NCBI GenBank assembly: GCA_018399255.1
Contig: JAGYPA010000017.1
Span: forward strand, 6,130-70,129
DNA: 64,000 nucleotides
Reading direction: 5' to 3'
Origin: Spirochaetales bacterium
Lineage (GTDB): Bacteria; Spirochaetota; Spirochaetia; JABMQR01
The position numbers and the translations under genes were made by a program. Positions 56,270-64,000 of the stretch are shown piece after piece; position 1 is the stretch's first letter, and each line of letters begins with the position of its first letter. Below the pieces are notes generated by a model, which saw only the letters and a program-made list of their open reading frames with translations, was not told the DNA's origin and did no database searches.

Positions 56270-57817
56270 ATGAAACTCAGTTTCAGGGAATACAGAGAAA
56301 AAGTAGAAGGCTGCTGGCTCGGCAAAAACATAGGCGGGACCCTGGGCGCCCCGTTTGAGTGCAAAAGAGGGGTGTTCGATATTGATTTCTACACTCAGGA
56401 CTCCGGAGGAGAACCACTGCCGAACGACGACCTCGACCTTCAGCTCCTATGGCTCAATGCAGTGGAAAAGTACGGCAGGAGTGTAAATGCATCAATTTTA
56501 GGTGAGTACTGGCTGCAGTACGTCACTCCAAACTGGGCGGAATATGGAGCAGGAAAAAGCAATCTGAGGATGGGGCTGCTCCCGCCCCTTTCCGGCTATT
56601 CGGGCAACACCAACAGAAACAGCTGCGGGGCATTTATCCGCTCGGAAATCTGGGCGTGCCTTGCCCCTGGCCATCCGGAAATCGCCGTCCAATACGCATA
56701 TGAGGATGCTATTGTTGATCACAGTCACGAGGGCGTCTATGGTGAAATCTTTTTTGCTGCCCTGGAAAGTGCTGCCTTTGTCGAAAGTGATAGAGATAAA
56801 CTCTTGAGTATCGGTCTATCGTATATTCCCGAAGATTGTGCAGTAGCGGAAGTAATCCGGCTGGTCGTCCAATCCTGCCGGAAGCAGGTGGACTGGAAGA
56901 CATTGAGGAAAAAGATTCTTCAGGAGTTCCCTTCGGCCTTCGGAATGAGCCAGGGGTATGAAAACCGTAAGCCGGAGGATGATGTCCCCTTTGGGGAGAT
57001 CGGTTACGACGCTCCCGCCAATATCGGATTTACCATTCTCGGTTGGTTGTACGGAGAGGGGGATTGGGGAAAAAGCCTGAGCCTCTCGGTCAATTGCGGC
57101 GAAGATGCCGACTGTTCTGCGGCAACGCTCGGCTCCATGTTGGGAATCATACATGGTGTCAGAGCTGTTCCCCGGAAGTGGCTTGAACCCATTGGAAGAA
57201 AAATCAAAACAATATCCCTGAACCTGGGCGATTTTGGCGTCTCTATTCCCAAAACAGTCGATGAATTAACTGATCGCCTGACAAGACTGACCCCTGGTTT
57301 CCTCGGACTGGATATCTGCGATATCATGGCAGACAAAGCTTATTCAATAGATGTCCGAAGCGGTCACAATCTTCTGAACAAAAATGTTCCGGTCAACGGC
57401 TATTACTCAAGAAATTTCACCGACCTTCTTGAAGACCAGCCCTTCCAGCTGAAGTTTGAGAACCATCTGATGGAAGTGATTCTCCGGTATGGCGATGAAC
57501 CTTTCCTGAAAATAGGCGAACCCTTTACTTTTCGTTTATATATATTCAATAACATCATGATGCCCCAGTGGCTGCGGCTCAAATGGCACGCCCCTGAAGA
57601 GCTGCGCATCGCCCCTTCCAGAGATTTCAATCTCCATCTTGAACATAATCACGGCTGTATAGGAAAGACTTCCGCGGAATTTTCACTGACCGCTGATCAG
57701 ATTTCCCAGAGAAAATACGAGATTGTACTGGATATCGGGTCGGAAGGCAGGCATTCCAGACTCTTAATCCCCATAACCTTGCTGGCATCATATAAGTGGG
57801 AGAATCGGGATGCATAG
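56270..57817 (+). CDS. ADP-ribosylglycohydrolase-family protein with C-terminal extension
   Basis: GCWLGKNIGGTLGAPFE, PNDDLD, GAFIRSEIW, GEDADCSAAT.GS.LG. Confidence 0.88.
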   Translation: MKLSFREYREKVEGCWLGKNIGGTLGAPFECKRGVFDIDFYTQDSGGEPLPNDDLDLQLLWLNAVEKYGRSVNASILGEYWLQYVTPNWAEYGAGKSNLRMGLLPPLSGYSGNTNRNSCGAFIRSEIWACLAPGHPEIAVQYAYEDAIVDHSHEGVYGEIFFAALESAAFVESDRDKLLSIGLSYIPEDCAVAEVIRLVVQSCRKQVDWKTLRKKILQEFPSAFGMSQGYENRKPEDDVPFGEIGYDAPANIGFTILGWLYGEGDWGKSLSLSVNCGEDADCSAATLGSMLGIIHGVRAVPRKWLEPIGRKIKTISLNLGDFGVSIPKTVDELTDRLTRLTPGFLGLDICDIMADKAYSIDVRSGHNLLNKNVPVNGYYSRNFTDLLEDQPFQLKFENHLMEVILRYGDEPFLKIGEPFTFRLYIFNNIMMPQWLRLKWHAPEELRIAPSRDFNLHLEHNHGCIGKTSAEFSLTADQISQRKYEIVLDIGSEGRHSRLLIPITLLASYKWENRDA

Positions 57818-58868
57818 CATACGGAATAAAACCAGTTCTCAGTATATCAAAACCCTTACGGAAAAAAGGATACCCGATTTTTCTCAACTGGTAACAATTC
57901 TCAATGGGGGAAAGGCTGACAGACCCACGCTCTTTGAATTGTTTCTCAACGACAGACTGAATGGGGAGCTGGCCGGTGACCGCTCAGCCTATAAAAATGA
58001 ACTGCTATGGACAATGCAGGCCTTTCGAAATGCGGGGTATGACTATATGACGCTGTACCCCCCCTGTGTGTTCTCCTTTCCGAAGAAGAGACATCCCAAA
58101 TCAAAAAGTGTTTCCCAGAATGACGCTGCTCTCATATACGACAGAAAGTCCTTCGACTCCTATCGGTGGCCGGCTGCCGGGGAGAAGCTCTTTTCTTTCC
58201 TGGGGGATTGGGACGAGCTCCTGATTCCAGGTATGAAAATGATTCCCTGTACTCCCGGAGGCGTCCTGGAGAATGTCACAGATATTATCGGCTTTGAAAA
58301 TCTCTGTTATATGCTCTTTGACAATGAACCTCTCGTACAAGATACCTTTGCCAGGGTAGGAGAAACCCTGCTGGAATACTACAAAATCGTTAGCCGGTAT
58401 AGTGCTGTGGGAGCTCTCATCGTGAATGATGACTGGGGGTTCAGTTCACAGACCCTTTTGAGCCCCGACGATTTGAGAAAGTACGTCATCCCCTGGCATA
58501 AGGAATTTGTCGATGTTATTCATAAATCGGGAAAGCAGGCAGTTCTCCATTCCTGCGGACAGCTGGAACATGTAATGGACGATGTCATTGACCATATCGG
58601 CTTTGATGCTAAACACTCCTATGAAGATAAAATCCTGCCTGTCGAACAGGCCTATGAAAAATGGGGTGGAAGAATTGCCATACTCGGTGGGCTCGATGTG
58701 GATTTTATGTGCACCGCCGACCCGCGGGATATTTACCATAGGGCGAAAGCTATGCTCAATCGGACTTCGGAGAAAGGAGGCTACGCATTAGGAACGGGAA
58801 ATAGCGTTCCCCCCTATGTCCCCTTTGAAAACTACTATGCCATGATCCTGGCCGCCCTGGAGAATTAA
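57810..58868 (+). CDS. Uroporphyrinogen decarboxylase/methyltransferase-family protein
   Basis: GFENLCY, NDDWG, LLSP..LR, LHSCG, ILGGLDVD, GGYALGTGNSVP. Confidence 0.85.
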   Translation: MHSIRNKTSSQYIKTLTEKRIPDFSQLVTILNGGKADRPTLFELFLNDRLNGELAGDRSAYKNELLWTMQAFRNAGYDYMTLYPPCVFSFPKKRHPKSKSVSQNDAALIYDRKSFDSYRWPAAGEKLFSFLGDWDELLIPGMKMIPCTPGGVLENVTDIIGFENLCYMLFDNEPLVQDTFARVGETLLEYYKIVSRYSAVGALIVNDDWGFSSQTLLSPDDLRKYVIPWHKEFVDVIHKSGKQAVLHSCGQLEHVMDDVIDHIGFDAKHSYEDKILPVEQAYEKWGGRIAILGGLDVDFMCTADPRDIYHRAKAMLNRTSEKGGYALGTGNSVPPYVPFENYYAMILAALEN

Positions 58869-58938
58869 TACTGAACTTATAGCTTTCACACATCTTTACC
58901 GATTAAGCAAAGCACTTGAGATTTTCTCAGGAGGAAAA

Positions 58939-59835
58939 ATGAAACAGACAGAATTGATACATAGACTGAATCATCCTGGCAGAAAAGTCCGAATAGTTAT
59001 CGATTCGGATACCTATAACGAAGTTGACGACCAGTTTGCCTTGGCTTATGCCCTTAAATCTCCCTCTGCCATCTCTGTGGAAGCCATTTATGCCGCTCCC
59101 TTTTACAATGACAGGGTTTCCGGCCCGGAAGAGGGGATGGAGAAAAGTTACGAAGAGATCCTGAAAATTCTATCGTTGATGAATGTCTCTCTTGAGGACC
59201 GGGTGTTTAAAGGATCCAGAAGCTGCCTTCCCGACCGCCGGTCACCCGTGGAAAGCGACGCTGCCAGTGATCTTGCGGCAAGGGCCATAGCCATGGAAGA
59301 TGAGCCCCTTTACGTGGTTGCCATCGGTGCCCCGACCAATATCGCATCGGCCATTCTGATGAAACCTGAGATTATCAATAAGATCGTCATCATTTGGCTT
59401 GGGGGACAGGCCCATCACTTTTCTTACAATGATGAATTTAACCTGAGACAGGATGTCAGCAGTGTCCGCGTACTCTTCGACAGCGGCGTTCCCCTGGTTC
59501 AGATCCCCTGCAAAGGGGTCGCCTCTCATTTGATTACTACCGTGCCCGAGCTTGAATACTATCTGTCGGGGAAAAGCGCTATTGGTGACTACCTTGCCGA
59601 TATTGTCCGGAATTATGCAGAAAATGCCTTCGGATGGTCAAAAGTTATCTGGGATATATCTGCCGTTGCCTGGCTGATCAACCCCGGCTGGTTTTCCTCG
59701 TCCCTGGTTCACAGTCCTGTCATTTCCGATGAACTGAGGTGGAGTTTTGACAGAAGAAGACATTTTATACGGTATGTCGATTTCCTGGACCGGGACAGCA
59801 TCTACGCCGATCTTTTCAGAAGCCTGGCTGATTAG
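58939..59835 (+). CDS. Inosine/uridine-preferring nucleoside hydrolase family protein
   Basis: DSDTYNEVDDQFA, AIGAPTNIASA, WLGG, EFNL, IWDISAVAW. Confidence 0.88.
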   Translation: MKQTELIHRLNHPGRKVRIVIDSDTYNEVDDQFALAYALKSPSAISVEAIYAAPFYNDRVSGPEEGMEKSYEEILKILSLMNVSLEDRVFKGSRSCLPDRRSPVESDAASDLAARAIAMEDEPLYVVAIGAPTNIASAILMKPEIINKIVIIWLGGQAHHFSYNDEFNLRQDVSSVRVLFDSGVPLVQIPCKGVASHLITTVPELEYYLSGKSAIGDYLADIVRNYAENAFGWSKVIWDISAVAWLINPGWFSSSLVHSPVISDELRWSFDRRRHFIRYVDFLDRDSIYADLFRSLAD

Positions 59836-60221
59836 TATCAGGATCCGTCCATCTGATCGGGGTGGCACTTGCCTTTGGTGATAAAGGCTGACCGCGCTAC
59901 GGTTTCAGCATATATGTTCGGTATGACTGAGCAATACCAATACGTCGTAACTCACGTACAGGTTTGTAATTAAGCGGTATTGAACATAGTCTCTCAAATT
60001 GCAATTGTCTCTACTTCTCGTCAACTTCCCTGATACTTTTCCGGTAAATATGCTATAATTATCGTTATCAGTAAATATAGTAATAAAAATTAGCAGCATA
60101 GAGGTTCTGTAAGAGATTATGCATCGGAGGTATCTGATAAGTCATGATAGATACCTTTTTGATAGCTTCCAGTTCTTTTTATGCGAGTTTACGTGGGATT
60201 ACAACAAAGGAGACATTTGAT

Positions 60222-61427
60222 ATGTCGAGAATATGTGAAGAAATCGGGAAAATTCACAAAAATACCCGTCATAGGGTTAAAGATGACGAAAAATCTCAGA
60301 TATACCAGATAATTTGTCTTGAACCAGGCATAACGAGAAAAACTATTGTTAAAAAACTGAACCTGCGACCGACATCAGTGTCTAATATGGTTAGCGAGCT
60401 TATTAACCAAAATCTCGTAATTGAGGGAGAAGTTAAGAATGAAGGAAAAGCTGGAAGACCGGAGATATCATTATCTGCCAACTACAATGTTAGTGTCTGT
60501 ATAGCTGTATATGTGCTCTCAAAGTATCTGAAAGCGGTTGTAGTAAATTTGATAGGGGATGTACTTTTCGAAAATGAGATCTATGTTCCAGAGGAAATAA
60601 CTAATGACGAACTGATGACCAGACTGGTAGGCATCATCAACCCGTTGAAAAATCAGATTCCTGCCGCCTCGAAACTGCTGGGAGTAGGGCTGTCATTTAC
60701 CGGATCTATCAACCGGATAAGCCAGAAGCTGATGAATGAAGTGCGTTGGTCAAATATACAGCGTTTATCACTGAAAGATTTGCGAGATATTGTTGGTTGT
60801 GAGATGACAATCCTCCCCAGTCTTGAAGCTCAGCTGGCACACCTCCTGCTGGAAGTGCCCTCCTATAGAAAAGGAGGTACTCTTCTGTATCATTGGGGAT
60901 ATGGAATAGGTGCCAGTTATGCAAAAAACGGACATATCATAACATCTACCCCCGGTTACGTCATGGAAATCGGACACATACCATTTGACAGCAGCAATAC
61001 AATCAGATGTAAATGTGGACGTATCGGCTGCCTTGAGGCAACTGCTTCCATATGGGCTCTGCAGCAGCAGCTCAAAGATCAGTACCCTGATTTCCCGGAA
61101 GACGAAAATGAACTGAGCAGATATTTGATAAACATTAAACTGGCAGATTCTCCGATTATGAAATATGCGGTGGAGAGTATTGCCAACAGTCTGGCAATTT
61201 TGCATGAAATCCTATTTCCTGACAGGATCATTTTTTTAAGCTCTTTTACGGTCAATCCGCGGCTCTTCGCCGATGTTAAAGAGAAGTTTCTTGAAAACAT
61301 ATCTCTATCTATGCACAAGAATACCGAACTGATACCACTTTCTCCAGAATTTCGGGGGGAAGTATTCGGCAGTACGTACGGACTCTTTCATAAATTTCTC
61401 AGAGAACAACTGATAGCAGCAAATTGA
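60222..61427 (+). CDS. ROK-family transcriptional regulator
   Basis: N-terminal HTH (TSVSNMVSELI...GRP), GYGIGA, EIGH, CKCGRIGCLEA; AAGGAG RBS. Confidence 0.88.
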   Translation: MSRICEEIGKIHKNTRHRVKDDEKSQIYQIICLEPGITRKTIVKKLNLRPTSVSNMVSELINQNLVIEGEVKNEGKAGRPEISLSANYNVSVCIAVYVLSKYLKAVVVNLIGDVLFENEIYVPEEITNDELMTRLVGIINPLKNQIPAASKLLGVGLSFTGSINRISQKLMNEVRWSNIQRLSLKDLRDIVGCEMTILPSLEAQLAHLLLEVPSYRKGGTLLYHWGYGIGASYAKNGHIITSTPGYVMEIGHIPFDSSNTIRCKCGRIGCLEATASIWALQQQLKDQYPDFPEDENELSRYLINIKLADSPIMKYAVESIANSLAILHEILFPDRIIFLSSFTVNPRLFADVKEKFLENISLSMHKNTELIPLSPEFRGEVFGSTYGLFHKFLREQLIAAN

Positions 61428-61513
61428 TAGTGAAAACAGAAAAAGCTGGAAGTATCCACTTTTCTTATCTTTCAGTATTGGGCCCACCCCAATGAATCCT
61501 CGATTTCTTGAGG

Positions 61514-61556
61514 TTGATCATTACCATAATTCGTACTATATTTCATTGTCATACAA
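61514..61556 (+). promoter_or_regulatory. Promoter and FadR-type operator upstream of the FadR/GntR gene
   Basis: TTGATC, 17 nt, TATATT (61537-61542); TTGTCATACAA at 61546-61556. Confidence 0.5.
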
Positions 61557-61576
61557 ATAGTGAGGGTTGTGTTGCA

Positions 61577-62281
61577 TTGAAGAAGTTGCTGAACGAAATA
61601 GATTTGAGAATGACTACTCAACTGTTTATCAAAAACTTAATAAAAGAAAACGGCTTAAAGGAAGGTGATTTTCTTCCGACTGAGAAAGAACTATCAGATA
61701 GACTCGGTATTAGCAGGACGGCGATACGTGAAGCCTTGAAAGGCCTGGAGTCTCTAGGAATAACGAAAGCGCATCAGGGAAAAGGGCACTACATCCGGAA
61801 GTTCAACTACGAGGCAGCTCTTCTGTCACTAGATTATTTTGCTCAAATTGACCTCAAGGGTTTCAAGGACCTTTTGGAGGTGAGAATTAATCTGGAACCG
61901 ACATTTCTTGCTCGTGATATAGAAAAATTTACGGAAGAAGATATATATGAGCTCAATAAATTGGTGCTGTCGATGGAGAAAAAGGCAGCCGTCTCTTTTG
62001 ACGAGGTCGCCCTTAGCGATGAACACCGTTTATTTCACGAAAAACTTTTCACCTATGTTGATAACGGATTTCTTCTTGAACTGATGCACATGTTTAGCGT
62101 ACTCCAGCATAAACTCAGTATTCTACATGGATACAATGCTTTCAGCAGTCCGAATTTCATTACTTGTCACCGTGAAATTGTTAAGGCTATTACTCTCCGG
62201 CAGCCAGAAATTGTGAAGGGTGCACTCATTACCCATTACTCAGATACCTACAAATGGGTTGACAGCAACACCACTTCTTAA
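61577..62281 (+). CDS. FadR/GntR-family transcriptional regulator
   Basis: GDFLPTEKELSDRLGISRTAIREALKGLESLG, EVRINLE, HRLFH; probable TTG start. Confidence 0.88.
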   Translation: MKKLLNEIDLRMTTQLFIKNLIKENGLKEGDFLPTEKELSDRLGISRTAIREALKGLESLGITKAHQGKGHYIRKFNYEAALLSLDYFAQIDLKGFKDLLEVRINLEPTFLARDIEKFTEEDIYELNKLVLSMEKKAAVSFDEVALSDEHRLFHEKLFTYVDNGFLLELMHMFSVLQHKLSILHGYNAFSSPNFITCHREIVKAITLRQPEIVKGALITHYSDTYKWVDSNTTS

Positions 62282-62292
62282 TCTGAACTTCC

Positions 62293-63585
62293 TCACGAAA
62301 AAAGCTGTTCTGCTAATTCCACCATGTATGCCTCTGCCAATTCAGCACCTTCATCTGAAAAACGGGTTGATACAGCTTCATAACCGCCTTCCTGATACGT
62401 TTCCTTACATGGCAGATAGCCAAGGTGTCCGTTGGCATACCCTACAATAGCGGTAATAGGAAATGGGGAGCGTTGTTTTACATTCAGTCCGATTGTCACA
62501 AAGAGTTAGCCTGAATACGTGGACTACACGATTTCCTTTTTGTGGCTTCGTAATTGAGACCTATGGTATTTTAGATATCACGTCTGTTTTAACTGATAAC
62601 TATGATCGAAAGAATAAAAGCCTGAACTTATAAATGAAATCAGGTGGATCAGCGACATTGAGTCTCATTTATCTTGTGTCGCAGGTGTCTGTTCCCGGTC
62701 ATTTTCATTTCTTCTATGGGATGAAAGGATTTTAATGGCACCTGCTTTTAACGACTCAGCATGTCACTGACGTATTCATCGTGTGCAGCAGACAATCTCG
62801 CGTACCTACTGGTGGAGAAATATTTCATCAGCAAAGAAGATACTAAATTTATATGTGTTTTAAAATGACTTGAACAAAAGTTCCAGGTATACTCCAAACA
62901 TTAGAATGCCATATTCACACTACTGCTCGCTCTATTGAAAACATAACGACGGCTCTCCGCCCATGAGTTTTTTGAGAGTCCTCATAGCGAAACCCGGATA
63001 GTCGGCGGTGATATATAGATTATCAGGTCCCAGAACAACGGCATGACACGTGTAGTTGACGAAGATCGCTTTTTTTAAGGTTTTGCGCTGCTCAATCACC
63101 ATCACCGCAGTTTGAGGATCGACCGGCTTACCTGTCGGGTTTCTACGGTTTACCCCGATTCCTTCCACCGCTCCTGTGGAGAATCCTATTCTTGCTTCAC
63201 TGCGATCAATCCATGCCTCGTAGATTGCTCCCGCAACCGCATCAACAAGATATTTCCAGTAGTGATCCGGTGCTATCCCTTGTCCGCCGTAATTGTCGTC
63301 GAGCGAAGGTCCTGAATGAGTATGACTAGTAGAGAGCATAATAGAATGTGCAGGAATATCGGTCATATTACTCGCTTTTTCCCGAATTTCATCTACCATT
63401 GCATTGGGGAAACTCACCAGATCGGCAGTCACGATTGAAACCGTACTACCAGATTCAATCACAACCGCTTTGGCATTCAATGAATCATGAATTCCTTTGG
63501 ATGTATCTTTTCTTGCAGCAAAACCTGCTAAGGGATACCCAACGGGCGGAGTTATATCTTTGGATGCAATACCACACAGTAACAT
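62293..63585 (-). pseudogene. Neutral/alkaline non-lysosomal ceramidase-family protein; middle (62500-62930) disrupted (pseudogene or poor consensus)
   Basis: N-terminal DITPPVG..LAGF..R, GIHDSL, SHTHSGP, GVNRR, NYTCH, TADYPG; C-terminal GYANGHLGYLP...EGGYE. Confidence 0.75.
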
Positions 63586-63670
63586 AAAAAACCTCCTACT
63601 TATCAGAATTGAAAATTGAAATAAATACAGCTCATATCTAGGCGGATGGGAGCGTTCTGCTGCTTAAAGC

Positions 63671-64000
63671 TTACTTTTCCCATGCAAGAGAATAATCCCT
63701 CATAGAAGCAGGGGGATGCCCGCCGGGACCGTATCCTTCAGCAGTAGAGGTTGATCTAAGGGGTACAAACTTGTTATGCAGTGCCTCGGGACAGACGGTA
63801 TATTCCAGAAAACCGAGTGTGGGATCGGCGTCACACCATCGATGCTCAAATTGGGGAAAACAGGTTGCTGGAGCATAGGTAAAAGTAATCCCTTCAAATA
63901 CGTCGGTATGTCGGCAATGAATATGACCGCTGATAACTGTAGTACATCCGACCTTTTTAAATATGCTGAAAAGCAGATCACGATGAGGATGGTCTACGGA
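63671..64000 (-). CDS. C-terminal part of a calcineurin-like metallophosphoesterase (starts beyond the window)
   Basis: Manual translation from 64000: SVDHPHRDLLFSIFKKVGCTTVISGHIHCRHTDVFEGITF...GYGPGGHPP...AWEK*; GHxH motif; open frame of 110 codons. Confidence 0.65.
   Translation of the reverse strand, partial: SVDHPHRDLLFSIFKKVGCTTVISGHIHCRHTDVFEGITFTYAPATCFPQFEHRWCDADPTLGFLEYTVCPEALHNKFVPLRSTSTAEGYGPGGHPPASMRDYSLAWEK

Noticed and set aside
57810..58868. hemE (true uroporphyrinogen decarboxylase)
   Set aside because: It lacks the N-terminal RQAGR motif and sits in a carbohydrate operon with no tetrapyrrole genes.
63700..63981. 93-aa ORF from the track
   Set aside because: Wrong frame; the overlapping frame 64000-63671 carries the SGHIH metallophosphoesterase motif.

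Overview
Bacterial chromosomal window, most likely from a free-living spirochaete; this rests on the AGGQQ/AGSKE-type solute-binding-protein N-termini and is inference only. Three catabolic loci alternate with accessory segments. Locus 1 (6.6-18.7 kb) has a YesM/YesN-type two-component system, an LplABC-type sugar ABC transporter, GH31 and GH3. Locus 2 (31.4-41.2 kb) has a TctABC transporter, a BKACE enzyme, two GntR regulators, a split transketolase, a TIM-barrel isomerase and a D-2-hydroxyacid dehydrogenase. Locus 3 (41.6-59.8 kb) has a second two-component system and ABC transporter, then GH94, HAD, GH38, a beta-helix protein, an ADP-ribosylglycohydrolase-family protein, a UroD-family protein and a nucleoside hydrolase. 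The accessory segments (0-6.4 kb, 18.7-31.4 kb) carry an AAA_14/DUF4143 ATPase, a SWIM protein, VapBC, MNT-HEPN, an orphan Phd antitoxin, DUF6933-pRiA4b ORF3, a SEC-C protein with a RelE/ParE-like C-terminus, two divergent paralogs of an unnamed ~630-aa family, and a UDP-glucuronate epimerase/ugd pair. Non-coding features include a 63-bp hairpin element with a GGTGTCWGACACC core (three full copies plus one collapsed copy), a second ~30-bp dispersed motif, many short tandem expansions, and several gene remnants (VapC, HD-GYP, GGDEF, AEC). Several stretches are frameshift-rich, probably from low-coverage long-read consensus. I saw no rRNA, tRNA, CRISPR array, integrase or transposase. Family calls come from motif recognition by eye, not database searches.
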